Shown: positions 33,889 through 46,369, counted from the whole stretch's first letter. The stretch is 63,533 nucleotides of DNA, filler included, from Octopus bimaculoides (GCF_001194135.2; 5 parts of 3 records of this genome joined end to end with filler, not necessarily neighbours in it), one strand, 5' to 3'. Numbers and translations: made by a program. Notes: generated by a model not told the origin, from the sequence alone.

Positions 33889-35657
33889 TATACCAGCAGA
33901 GATATCCGGGGTTGCTCGTTTCACATGGAATTGAAGAATTAGACATTTCTTTTATATATTCTCTAATGAATTGGTATACCTATGATTCAAATTTCATAAA
34001 AATTGGAGATAAAGAATTTTAATGGGGGTTCTTTCCCTCTTTACACAGCCTAACGAAAATTCTAATAATGACATATTTATCTCATTCTACTCATCTTTCT
34101 GCCAAGATTCCAAAATCCAAATATTATAAAACTCATTCAAAGGTTTTTGCTCCTGAAAAATGGAGCATATGGAACACATGGAGCATATGGAGCACATGGA
34201 GCTCTAAAATGTGGGAGTTAAGACCCCTATTAGGAGGAGTCCTAAAGTCAATAAGAGAAGTTGAATTGTTGGGAATCTTTTTTCACCTGTGTGAAAATTT
34301 CTATTGTTCAAATTTCTTTGAAATCAGAAATATATGAATGTTCACTGAATTTATAAAAGAGAGCAAAGCTGATGAAATCCAAAAGACAAATGATCACAAT
34401 AAACAGTTAGCTACCCTACCCTAATCATTACTACTCCCCAATGTAGGAGTCCTCACCACACAGGCCGTAAGATGCTTTACAGACCTATGGCAATTGGAAA
34501 GGCGTGACCCAACTCAAATAAATATTAACAATTGTGTGACGTGAAGGCTAAGGGGATGAAAGTGTCACCCATGGAGTTTGCCAATAATTACTATGCCGTT
34601 AGGTAACTGAACATAATAAATTTGCAATCTATAAACCTCTTTGAATGACCAATCACTTATCTGGAAAGGCCTTGAAATCAATGTTATCATCTGGGGACTA
34701 TCTCTGATCCAGTGATAATAAAAAGACTCAAAGGAGGTCTACAACCAAATAACTTTACTCAAAATTACACTTTGCAACTAAATCAGTGGAAGCAAAGATG
34801 CCTCTCCTTTACTTGACAGTTTATGCACCACATTGCAGAAATCACAATCTAAGTATATCTCAAAGCAAACTCTTACACTGTTGTACCATTGAATTACAAA
34901 TAACGCTCATTTTGTATCCTCGGGTGACTCTAAAGCTTCCAAGACTACAATTGTATTCGTCTTGGCTTAGGAAAAATGACTAAATTGTGGGGGTTATACC
35001 CCGGTAAGGGATCTTACTAACCTCCTAAGAAGCTGAAATTTTAGGAATATTACTTCATTTGTGTCTAATATCTATGGTTAAAATTTCATCAACAGTAAAA
35101 ATGGATGAATTTCATGGGGGCTATAGCCTCATTTATGCCCCCTCACTTTCAACCATATATTTCATTTCATCCGCCCTTATGCATTGAATATAATTTCCAA
35201 ATTTCAGGAAGACCCATTCATTACTTTGATCTTGTTTTGGTTCATAAAAATGACTAAAATTTGGGAGTTAAGGAGGTCTTAGAATCTTCACGAGAAGTGG
35301 AAACTTTGAGAATACTTCTTGATTTGTATCAATTAACTATGGTTAAAACTTCATCAACATCGGAAATTTATGAATTTTCATAGGGGGTTCTGCACCCTTT
35401 AAACCCCCTCAAATTCAAACCAAACACAGTGCATTACACCCGCCCTTATGCATTGAATCTAAGTTCCAAATATCATAAGGATCCATTTAGTAATTTCGAT
35501 CCATGAAAAACGACTAAAATTTTGGGATGAAGCCCCCATTAGGGGGTCTTAGAATCATCCAAAGAAATGGAAATTTTGGGTATATTTTAAAATTTATTTC
35601 TAATACCTATGGTTCAAATTTCATCAAAATCCGAAGCATATGAATTTTCACGGAGGG
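33889..35657 (+). mobile_element. Non-autonomous Helitron-like element with diverged 260-274-bp internal tandem units
   Basis: Starts TACCAGCAGAGATATCCGGGGTTGCTCG (resembles ACTAGC..CCCGG..TTGC..GG Helitron ends); recurring CTATGGTT(A/C)AAATTTCATCAA motif; unit starts (T/C)GACTAAA at 34977, 35251 and 35511; a similar terminus occurs at 36515. Confidence 0.45.
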
Positions 35658-35886
35658 NNNNNNNNNNNNNNNNNNNNNNNNNNNNNNNNNNNNNNNNNNN
35701 NNNNNNNNNNNNNNNNNNNNNNNNNNNNNNNNNNNNNNNNNNNNNNNNNNNNNNNNNNNNNNNNNNNNNNNNNNNNNNNNNNNNNNNNNNNNNNNNNNNN
35801 NNNNNNNNNNNNNNNNNNNNNNNNNNNNNNNNNNNNNNNNNNNNNNNNNNNNNNNNNNNNNNNNNNNNNNNNNNNNNNNNNNNNNN

Positions 35887-35933
<47 letters not shown>

Positions 35934-35934
<1 letters not shown>

Positions 35935-36130
35935 GGGTTTAGTCCACTGATGATCTAAACGAACAGGTGCGCTGTGTAAGTGCTATAATTGGTCTGTTAG
36001 GTTCCAAGTTCACAACTGAGGCTGGAGCTAGGGATCTGTAGTAGGCTTCCGAGTCAGCAGGTATATATTAGAGGAAAAAGGACCACAAAACCAAGGCAGA
36101 ACGAGTATCTCAAGTCATTTAAAGTATTTA
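35934..36130. repeat. Inverted copy of the 33163-33358 repeat
   Basis: See partner; both copies have a TA/TC microsatellite on the inward-facing end. Confidence 0.85.
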
Positions 36131-36166
36131 CGTATGCATGTATGTTTTAATATATTTATAGCTACG

Positions 36167-36372
36167 AAGGCATCGAGCTGGCAGAAACGTTAGCACATCG
36201 GGAATAATGCTTAGCGGTATTTCGTCTCTCTTTACGTTCTGAATTCAAATTCAGCTGAGGTCAACTTTTCCTTTCAGAGTCTATAAATTAAGTACCAATT
36301 GCATACTGGAGTCGATCTTATCGGCTGGCCCATCCCCAAAATTTCGGTCCTTGTGCCTAGAGTAGAAAAGAA
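36167..36372 (+). mobile_element. SINE family A, tail type 1
   Basis: AAGGCATCGAGCTGGCAGAAACGTTAGC...CCCCAAAATTTCGGTCCTTGTGCCTAGAGTAGAAAAG. Confidence 0.85.
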
Positions 36373-37110
36373 TATATTTGTGTCTACAACTAAAAAATGT
36401 TTATGTATTTATACATTTTAATGTATCATGTATAGATTTGTTCTTTTCATCTGAAATCGGAGTCATGTTTATGGATTATATTACCCGGTCATACGTTTCT
36501 TCAAATTATATATTACTAGCAGCTAATCCCGGTTTCACCTGGTCTGTTTGGATGATGTGGCTGTGGTCGTTTTCGATTAGGCATAATCTATAACAGCGTT
36601 TTTTAACCTTATCATTTCGGGTCCCCTGTTTCGATTGAAACCTCCAGCTGTATGAAAATTTTCTGACTCACCTCACTTGTCAGAAAACAGCTTCAGGAGT
36701 TGTGAAGAAAAAATTTGTACGTAGTCTGTTTCTGAGACCTATTCTACTGGACCTCTGTCTAATCACGTCTCTTAAAGTACACACACATACTTAGAAAATG
36801 TGAGGTCATGGTAGAAAAATTTTACGATAGTTGATTTATGGAAAAGATTATGTTATATTTTTGAAATGCAAATATGTGAATGAAAATTAAGTTCAGATCT
36901 CTACATGGTATCTATACCTGGTAGAAATAGCTTTCAAATCTCCCTCAAAACACCCTACTGTCTTAATCCGACAATTCTGCCTATTATGTAGTTTGAATAA
37001 GAAACTGTAACTAAAGATGAAGATTATTAACCTCACAAAAAGGTGAAAGAAGAGAGACAGCATAGCGAAAGTTTTGGCTGACTGTCATCCTGTACTCCTC
37101 TTGTTGCTAG

Positions 37111-37201
37111 CGAAATGGTATATGCCGGCTGTGTGAGCAACTGGTTTTAATGGCGGAACAAACGGGAATTCCATTAGAAAAAGTTTTAAGCAATTTTCTT
37201 G
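37111..37201 (+). CDS. Candidate internal coding exon of an unidentified host gene (91 nt, phase 0-1)
   Basis: Pyrimidine tract CATCCTGTACTCCTCTTGTTGCTAG; consensus donor TTG/GTAAGT; exactly one open frame, RNGICRLCEQLVLMAEQTGIPLEKVLSNFL; non-repetitive context. Confidence 0.5.
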
Positions 37202-37459
37202 GTAAGTATGGGGGCTAGGAAAAAAATACAAACAGCATTCCAATCTATGCACCCATCTCCACATGTGTGCCATTTTTCACGCGAATCCACCCAGCCGTTT
37301 GGCTGTGAATCTCAAGACAAGAAAGAATACAACGATCGCCCATGTCCACTTTGTATTATAGACAATTTATATTATAGATTATCTTTTGTTTCAAGTTCCT
37401 CTTGAGAACTTCTAATTGCAAACCTTAATCTTGTGAGAGAATCTCTGATTAATCATATT

Positions 37460-38433
37460 TGTAGTGAAACTACCTATCGTTACTAGATACAAAACTGCTA
37501 TCGTCATTCTTCTCATTTAAATATAAACAAACGCGAACGTAGCGGAAAACATTAACCTTGTCATCACGTGACTGATCATTATTCGAATCGGCAACTTCTT
37601 CGAACCGTTCCCGCCAGAACGCAAACTGACCAATCACAGCCCTTAATAAGGTCACGTGATAGAGTATATTTCTGATATCTGGTGAGCCGATAATTCGCTA
37701 TAAATAGATCAACTCATACCCAACAAATTTGTCTCGGTCCAGTTTCTCTTTGAGATCTGTTCCGTGTACCACACGACAGCAGCAGCAACAATTANNNNNN
37801 NNNNNNNNNNNNNNNNNNNNNNNNNNNNNNNNNNNNNNNNNNNNNNNNNNNNNNNNNNNNNNNNNNNNNNNNNNNNNNNNNNNNNNNNNNNNNNNNNNNA
37901 ACACGTTTCTACGACTACTACCAAGCAGCCTCAATCACCACCAGCGTCAACACGACTTACTATGTACACCAAACCAAACCTCCGCGGCACATCTCTCTCT
38001 TCGATTCTGTTAGGTGACTCAGCTTCACCACGATAAATAAACAGACAAGAGTTCTCAGCCAGCGACGAACATCTGTATAACAAGAATCACGGCCCGGCAT
38101 CGATGCCACGACATCACAACTAGTGATCAGCTCTGCCACACTCAGCCTCCTCACTTTCACATACAGAACTTTTCCTAGAGTGTACAAAAGAACTGGTATA
38201 ATTGCTCACGTGTTATTGACTCGCTTTCTGTAATAACTAACATACACACACATGTATCACTCACATACACACTTTTCTTTGTACGACGGCCTGTCTTTGA
38301 TTATGTTCTTATATGTCGCATTCACACTCTCACACAGACATACATCTTTAACGCTACAATAAATATCTCTGTTATTCATCTAATACGGTTGTGGTCTTTC
38401 ATTACTGGTCACCTATGTTATCGTCGCATAACA
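37460..38433 (+). mobile_element. Solo LTR (Gypsy-like 4-bp TSD)
   Basis: Starts TGTAGTG and ends ATAACA; TATT on both sides; CACGTG at 37565 and 37653, CCAAT at 37630, TATAAATA at 37699, AATAAA at 38358; contains a ~105-N gap. Confidence 0.75.
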
Positions 38434-39013
38434 TATTATGTATATCATCTTTGATATATAATTTTGTGTTCGACCGTGTGACGCGTTTAAATAAAAGGAG
38501 TCGTCCTCTGTTTTTCCATTCGTCACCATTTCTCCTTTTTGATTTCGCACGGTCGTCCCTTACATATTCTTTCGCAAAACAATTATGTGTGTGTGTGTGT
38601 GTTTGTGCTTGTGTGTGTGTGTGTGTGTGAGTGCGAGTGTGTGTGTGTATATGTATGTGTTGTGTGTGTGTGTGTGTGTGTGTCAATATTTTCAAATACG
38701 ATCCAGTGATCCAAGTGCAGGAAGTTTGTAAGCTTCAAGCTGTGAGTAGCGGATATAGAGAACAAAAGGTGGACAGTGTACAATACGAAACAGTAACAAT
38801 TTATTGCTATCGGTTGATGCTTTTCCCCATATCGAAGCGGCGAGGAAATTCGATAAGCTGATAGTTTCTATATAACTAAGTTAGCAACAAGAAGAGCTGC
38901 TACAATTGCAAGTAAAAAGCCAAATTGAGGGAGTAGAACAGATAAAACGCACATTTCTTAGCTAGCTGAACCTCTTTATCTAAGAGTTATGCAAGGCATA
39001 ATGCTTAAGGTAG

Positions 39014-39271
39014 TGTAGTGAAACTACCTCCCGCCATTAGATACAAACTACTATCGCCATTACATACAATCTTCTCATTTAAATATAAATAAATGCGAGC
39101 GTAGTAGAGAACCCATTCCTTGTCCATCACGTGACTGATCATTATTCGAATTGGCAACTTCTTCGAACCTTTCCCGCCAGAACGCAAACTGACCAATCAC
39201 GGCCCCTAATAAGGTCACGTGATAGAGTAAAATTCTAAAGGCATTTGGAGCCCTCTTAACGCTATATATAG
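39014..39271 (+). mobile_element. Second LTR of the same family, truncated by a gap
   Basis: Same start TGTAGTGAAACTACC and shared CACGTGACTGATCATTATTCGAAT, CCCGCCAGAACGCAAACTGACCAATCAC and TAATAAGGTCACGTGATAGAGTA. Confidence 0.8.
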
Positions 39272-41328
39272 NNNNNNNNNNNNNNNNNNNNNNNNNNNNN
39301 NNNNNNNNNNNNNNNNNNNNNNNNNNNNNNNNNNNNNNNNNNNNNNNNNNNNNNNNNNNNNNNNNNNNNNNNNNNNNNNNNNNNNNNNNNNNNNNNNNNN
39401 NNNNNNNNNNNNNNNNNNNNNNNNNNNNNNNNNNNNNNNNNNNNNNNNNNNNNNNNNNNNNNNNNNNNNNNNNNNNNNNNNNNNNNNNNNNNNNNNNNNN
39501 NNNNNNNNNNNNNNNNNNNNNNNNNNNNNNNNNNNNNNNNNNNNNNNNNNNNNNNNNNNNNNNNNNNNNNNNNNNNNNNNNNNNNNNNNNNNNNNNNNNN
39601 NNNNNNNNNNNNNNNNNNNNNNNNNNNNNNNNNNNNNNNNNNNNNNNNNNNNNNNNNNNNNNNNNNNNNNNNNNNNNNNNNNNNNNNNNNNNNNNNNNNN
39701 NNNNNNNNNNNNNNNNNNNNNNNNNNNNNNNNNNNNNNNNNNNNNNNNNNNNNNNNNNNNNNNNNNNNNNNNNNNNNNNNNNNNNNNNNNNNNNNNNNNN
39801 NNNNNNNNNNNNNNNNNNNNNNNNNNNNNNNNNNNNNNNNNNNNNNNNNNNNNNNNNNNNNNNNNNNNNNNNNNNNNNNNNNNNNNNNNNNNNNNNNNNN
39901 NNNNNNNNNNNNNNNNNNNNNNNNNNNNNNNNNNNNNNNNNNNNNNNNNNNNNNNNNNNNNNNNNNNNNNNNNNNNNNNNNNNNNNNNNNNNNNNNNNNN
40001 NNNNNNNNNNNNNNNNNNNNNNNNNNNNNNNNNNNNNNNNNNNNNNNNNNNNNNNNNNNNNNNNNNNNNNNNNNNNNNNNNNNNNNNNNNNNNNNNNNNN
40101 NNNNNNNNNNNNNNNNNNNNNNNNNNNNNNNNNNNNNNNNNNNNNNNNNNNNNNNNNNNNNNNNNNNNNNNNNNNNNNNNNNTATGAGTTCGCACGGTCT
40201 TCCCTTACAGTAGCTAATCATCAAACCGAGATTAATGAAAAGAATACCGCTCGGAATTTCGAAGTCAATTCCACTACAGTGATGAGCTGAAGTGAAGAGA
40301 AGCCAGCGGTACTAATTTTTAAAAGATATTCGAAAAACAAAGAAAAAAATGTTAAGAAGTATGTCAAGAGAACCAATAAGCGATAAGCAAAGGTGAGACC
40401 CAAAATAAGCCAGAATGTGTGTCGTTTAGAGTCGAAAAGTAGGAGGAAAAAGAGAGAGAAGGGAAGAAAGAACATAAAGAAAATAATTGCAACTGTCAAG
40501 GGGAAGAAATTGTGGCCATAAACATTTATCTAAGAGAGGTGACCACAAATTTAGCCAATTTCTAGAAACTTGTCGTCCAATTCAGTAAGGATGAAGGTTG
40601 GTGTTTGCTATGCAGAAATACAAGGCGCTAGTTCAGCCAGCCTACCCACCTACTTCACAATACATACACACACCTATGCAAATACACTTACACACACACA
40701 CACACACAGCCACAAAGTGTGTGCACGGACTGAATATGTAAACATTCATTCGCATGTAAATGCATACACAAACATACACGTGTGCCTAAAGCCGTGCGCA
40801 TACTCATAAGTAAATATATTCACACACGCACACATACACACATATACACACCCACATACATACATACATACATACTTACATACATACATACATACATATA
40901 CACACACATGCATACACATATACACATATGTACATACATACATACACACCCATACGCATCAGTGTAGAGAAAAGACTAGGTGGAGAAGGGGTATATAAAA
41001 CATGCAAGGTAAAAGCGAAAAGAATAAGAGAAATATAAGGAGAAAACGAAAAGAAGAAAGGCAATATATATAAGTACAATAAAATGTAATACAAAGGAAA
41101 TAGCAGGAAACACAGATATTGAAATTATACACTGAAAAATACATGCATTCAAATGTACATAGGCTTGCCTGCCATACGGCGAACGATTACTGCATTGCGC
41201 ACAAATCGGTATACATGTGAGGTGGGAAGATAAGGTTACAAATAATTTGAGAATATCGAACCAGAAGAGAGACAAAGGGATTAAATAGAATGTGTTAGAT
41301 GATTGATATTTATATTTGATATATATAT

Positions 41329-42088
41329 GTCTATATATTCGCAGGAACTTCCTTTAAGAAACGCCTTTCCAACCATAGATCCTCCTTTAGGGTCCCAAAT
41401 AGGGGATACGTAACATCACTGGCCAGCCATATCTGGAAACTGAAGGAAGATGGACTTCCGTACTTGATAACATGGAAAATCCTTCACCGTCCGGGTCCAT
41501 ACATAAATGGAACGAAATGCTGCAAGTTATGCGTAGCCGAACGCATGGAAACCCTGAAAAACTCGTATGTACTAGGGACCATATTGAACTCCAGAATGGA
41601 GATTTTCGGGTCGTGCTTGCATTTCAGGAGATTCCTGTTAGTGTAGTGGGAGCTGCATAAAAGTGATAATAACAGTATTAGCGATAATTACACCACAGCT
41701 GGAAATTGATTGCCGATGATAGTGGAAGATAACCCTCTAACTTTTACCCTCATATCCGACAGGTGGCATAGTTGACGGAGGACGACACAGCCGGAAGCCG
41801 ATAACCAACACCAAAGGGTGATAATCCTCATTGTTTATATCTGTATCGTTGCCCCCTTCATATTTTAAAGAGGCCAACAGGTCTTAAGGGCTGAAGGCCG
41901 GTTTCTCGCCATAAAGGGTATCTTTATGGCGAGTAACCGGCCTTCAGTAATAAATATAGACTGCTCTACTTCTTAGAGTGTGCTTCTTCTTCGGATTTAG
42001 GTTTACTAAAAAAAAAATTTTTTTTAAAACGATATATATTTATTTTATTTATTTATTTGTGCAGCTGAAGACGACACTACATTTATAT
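41329..42088 (+). mobile_element. Penelope-like element 3' fragment (GIY-YIG C-terminal half plus 3' UTR)
   Basis: Open frame 41329-41646: VYIFAGTSFKKRLSNHRSSF..TSLASHIWKLKEDGLPYLITWKILHRPGPYINGTKCCKLCVAER..LNSRMEIFGSCLH; CUGAAGA at 42066 just before the gap may be a truncated HHR. Confidence 0.85.
41891..41947. repeat. GC-rich hairpin: 26-bp stem with 1 mismatch and a 5-nt loop
   Basis: CTGAAGGCCGGTTTCTCGCCATAAAG-GGTAT-CTTTATGGCGAGTAACCGGCCTTCAG. Confidence 0.9.
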
Positions 42089-42188
42089 NNNNNNNNNNNN
42101 NNNNNNNNNNNNNNNNNNNNNNNNNNNNNNNNTTAATTAATTAANNNNNNNNNNNNNNNNNNNNNNNNNNNNNNNNNNNNNNNNNNNN

Positions 42189-42455
42189 TATATATATATA
42201 TATACATACATATGTGTGTATATGTGAGTCTTTCTACCTGTGTTTGTGTCCCCCCCCCCATCACAGCTTGACAACTGATGTTGGTGTGTTTTTGTCCCCG
42301 TAACCTATCAGTTCGGCAAAAGAGACCTACAGAATAAGTACACAGCTTAAAAACATAAATAAGTCCAGGGGTCGATTTATTCAACTAAAACCCTTGAATG
42401 CAGTGCTCCAGTATGGCCACAGTCAAATAACTAAAACAAATATAAGAATACATGT
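42189..42455 (+). mobile_element. SINE family B, 3' half
   Basis: GTCCCCGTAACCTATCAGTTCGGCAAAAGAGACC...GTGCTCCAGTATGGCCACAGTCAAAT. Confidence 0.8.
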
Positions 42456-42712
42456 CTTTCATTGTTGTTGTTGTTGATGTTGTTCCTGTTGTTGCCATGG
42501 TGATGACTGACAAGCAGTTTATTACGTTGCATTTCACTTCTTTTCCGAGTTAATATTTAAGTAGGGGACAAGGACTGAAAGAACCCTGTACAGATGCATC
42601 AATCACTCCCTATCGTCCCTATCTTTGACTCGAGAACCCATATAAAATTTTCCAAGGTTCACCTCCGGGGCTTGATACTGCCGACTTTGAGAAGCACAGT
42701 GGTAAGAAACCA

Positions 42713-44147
42713 GGGTGATGATGATGGTGATGATGATGATGGTGGTGGTGATGGTGGTGATGATGATGATGGTGGTGTTGATGCTGGTGGTGGTGATGAT
42801 GGTGAGAAGGATGATGATGATGATGATGATATTGGTGATGATGATGATGATGGCGGTGGTGGTGATGGTGGTGGTGATGATATTGGTGATGGTGATGATG
42901 ATGATGATGGTGTTGATGCTGGTGGTGGTGATGATGATGGTGAGAATGATGATGATGATGATGATGATGATATTGGTGATGATGATGATGATGATGGTGG
43001 TGATAATGATGGTGGTGGTGGTGGTGGTGGTGATGGTGAGATTGGTGATGATGATGATGATGATGACGATGATGATGATGATGATGATTGGGGGTGCTTG
43101 TGATTATAATGATGATGATAGCGATACTGCTGAAGGAGATGATGCTGATGATAATGAAGACGACAATGATGATGATGACTATGATGATTAACAATTAGAA
43201 TGATGATCTTGATGATCATACAAATGAGGATGATGATGACGATGATGATGATGGTAATGTTACTGATGATGGCAATGATGATGATGATGATGATGATGAT
43301 ATCGATAAGGATTAAGATTGGGATAAGGATGATAGCTGCTTGCAAAGATGATGATGATGGTGATGATGATAAGGATGGTGATGATGGTGATAATGGTGAC
43401 AATGATGATGATGATGACGATTATGATGTTTGTGATGATGATGATGATGACAATGATGATGATGATGATGATGATGATGACGATGGTGATGATGATGGTG
43501 ATGATGATGGTGATGATGATGGTGATGATGACGATGGTGATGATGATGGTGATGATGGTGATTATGATGATGATGATGATAATGGTGATTATGATGATGA
43601 TGATGATAATGGGGTATTAGCATGGTGCTAGCAGATCTGATGGAGATAAGTAGAGAAAGAGATAGGAACACGTAGGTGGAGGTGGAGGTGGAGGTGGTGT
43701 GAGGATGAAGAGAGCGATGAAGAGGACAGGAGGAGAGGAAGACGAATAAAGAGAGGAGGAAGAGGAGGAGGAGGGGGGGAGCGCAGAAGATGGCAAAGAG
43801 AGATTAGCAGAAGTGGCACTCAAAGATAACAGAAGCACTTGGTTTATCTATCATACAGCATCATCATCATCATCATCATCATCGTCACCTTCATCTTAGT
43901 CATCACCATTATCACTATCATCATCATCATCATCATCATCATAAACGATCAGTTACAACTGCAGCAGCATCGACATCATTGTCATAATCACCATCATCGT
44001 TACCTTCGTTATCAGCACCATCATCATCATCATCATCATCTTCTTCATCAGCATCACCATTTCCAAGAACATCTCCATCATTACCCCTCCTCATCATCAT
44101 CAGCCTCATCAATATCATCAACCTCTTCAACATATTCATCACTCATT

Positions 44148-44160
<13 letters not shown>
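42713..44160. repeat. Large degenerate (GAT/GGT)n array followed by a (CAT)n array
   Basis: Directly visible; accounts for the poly-D/G/H/M ORFs. Confidence 0.9.
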
Positions 44161-44179
<19 letters not shown>

Positions 44180-44297
44180 CTTTTCTACTCTAGGCACAAG
44201 GCCTGAAATTTTTGGGGAAGGGGTCACTCGATTCGATCGACACCAGTATGCAACTGGTACTTATTTTTTTCAACCCCTGAAAGGATAAAAGGTAAAG
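44180..44297 (-). mobile_element. SINE family A, tail type 1, 3' fragment
   Basis: TTTTCTACTCTAGGCACAAGGCCTGAAATTTT...CTGGTACTT...CCCCTGAAAGGATAAAAGG next to a (TAA)n run. Confidence 0.8.
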
Positions 44298-44299
44298 GT

Positions 44300-44970
44300 G
44301 ATAAGTGCAGAATCTGTGGACAAAATGGTGAAACCATATGGCATATTACCAGCCAATGTAAGCCACTAGACCAGAAGAAACATAAGAGACGCCGTGACAA
44401 TATAGCAAGGCTTGTCCATTGGACACTTTGCAACAAGTATGGACTTGACAGGGCAAGAAATTGGTACGACCACAAACCCGAAGGCATCATCGAAAATGAT
44501 AATGCAAAGATCCTGTGGGATTTTATGATTCAGTGCAACCATGAGATAGAGAATAGGAAGCCAGATATAGTGTTAATTGAGAAAGAAAGCTAACTATGTT
44601 GGATCATAGATATAGCATGCCCAGCTGACAACAAGGTATGCGATAGAGAAGAAAGAAAAGTCGATAGATATGACAGGTTAGCTTGGGAGGTAAAGCAGTT
44701 GTGGTCGATGAAAAAGGTGGTAGTAGTACCAATAATTGTCGGAGGCCTGGGAACAATGAGTAAAAATATCGAGAAGTACATGGAACAAATAGGGGCTGCA
44801 ATAAGCGTGGAGCACTTGTAGAAAACAGCAATGCTTGGAACTGCTCGAATACTCCGGAAGGTGCTCGAAAAATAAAGGGGTGTTACCTTAGTTCACTGGT
44901 AGTGAACAGCTGACACCGTAGTACATCTCCAGCGTTAGAAGCTGTACAAAGGCAATTATAATAATAATTA
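44300..44970 (+). mobile_element. 5'-truncated R4/Dong-like LINE: CCHC finger, RLE domain, 3' UTR and (ATA)n tail
   Basis: One frame 44300-44875 with two in-frame stops: DKCRICGQNGETIWHITSQC..RRRDNIARLVHW..WYDHKPEGIIENDNAKILWDFMIQCNHEIENRKPDIVLI..IIDIACPAD..KVDRYDRL..VPIIVGGLG..KTAMLGTARILRKVL. Confidence 0.92.
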
Positions 44971-45027
44971 CCATCATTATCTATGGTACTGTAATTGCAA
45001 GCATCATTTTTATTGTTTCATTTACCA

Positions 45028-45213
45028 TTTACTTGTTTCAGTCATTTGACTGCGGCCATGCTGGAGCACCACCTTTAGTCGAGCAAATCGACCCCAGGAC
45101 TTATTCTTTGTAAGCCTAGTACTTATTCTATCGGTCTCTTTTGCTGAACCGCTAAGTTACAGGGACGTAACCACACCACCATCGGTTGTCAAGCGATACT
45201 GGGGGACAAACAT

Positions 45214-45250
<37 letters not shown>

Positions 45251-45437
45251 CGACGGGCTTCTTTCAGTTTCCATCTACCAAGTCCACTCACAAGGCTTTG
45301 GTCAGCCTGAGGCTATAGTAGAAGACACTTGCCGAAGTTGCCACACAGTGGGACTGAACCCGGAACCATGTGGTTGGTAAGCAAGCTACTTACCACACAA
45401 CCACTCCTGCGCCTATGCACACAACCACTCCTGCGCC
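45028..45437 (-). mobile_element. SINE family B, full length, with a duplicated 5' end
   Basis: Minus strand head GGCGCAGGAGTGGTTGTGTGG, B-box GGGTTCAGTCC, CORE-like region, internal (TA/CA)n, tail GGTGCTCCAGCATGGCCGCAGTCAAATGACTGAAACAAGTAAA; the 5' 21 nt are repeated at 45417-45437. Confidence 0.92.
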
Positions 45438-46327
45438 TACATATATACACACATACACACACACACATATTGGCACATATGTGTATAGACTATATACACT
45501 GGCATATGTATGTATATACATGGCTAGATATATTATATATACATATGTGTTTGTGTGCTTATACACACACTGATATATGCACATAAAAAGGCACATAAGC
45601 GATGGTGATGGTGGAGGTAGATAGACATATAGAGAGGGGGAGAAAGAGACTGGGGTAAAAGGGAGAGAGAGAGATAGATAGAGACACACATAGAGGGAGT
45701 TAGAGGAAGATAGAGATAGAGTAAGGGGGGAGCAGAGAGAGGTGGGGAGGGTGTAAAGACTCAATCAATTTGTGGTGGCAACCACTTAACATTAATAAGG
45801 CACAATCTGTAAATATTATCAACGTTGATAAGCTGTGATATTGTATGGGAGAAGGATATGGGATATCGGAGAACTGTGTGTGTGTGGGTGGGTGTGTGGG
45901 TGTGTATGAATGTGTGTGTAAATGTATGTGTGTGTGTATGGATGTGTGTGTGTGTGTGTGTCTGTAAGTATGTATAAATGTATGTGTATATGCGTGTGTG
46001 CATCGATGTGTGAGTGTGTGTGTGTGTGCATGAATGTGTGTGTAAATGTGTGTGTGTCTGTAAGTATGTATAAATGTATGTGTATATGCGTGTGTGCATC
46101 GATGTGAGTGTGTGTGTGTGTGTGTATGGATGTGTGAGTGTGTGTGTGTGTGTGTATGGATGTGTGAGTGTGTGTGTCTCTAAGTATGTATAAATGTATG
46201 TGTATGTGTGTGTGTGTGTGTGTGTATATATGTATGTGTTTATATATCTATGAATTTATATATATATATATATATATACATATATGTGTGTATGTATATA
46301 TATATATGTACATATATGTATGTATTA

Positions 46328-46369
<42 letters not shown>

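Noticed and set aside
42594-43631. Long Asp/Gly-, His- and Met-rich ORFs resembling biomineral or His-rich proteins
   Set aside because: Open in most frames on both strands because the DNA is a degenerate GAT/GGT microsatellite; no splice or unique-sequence support.
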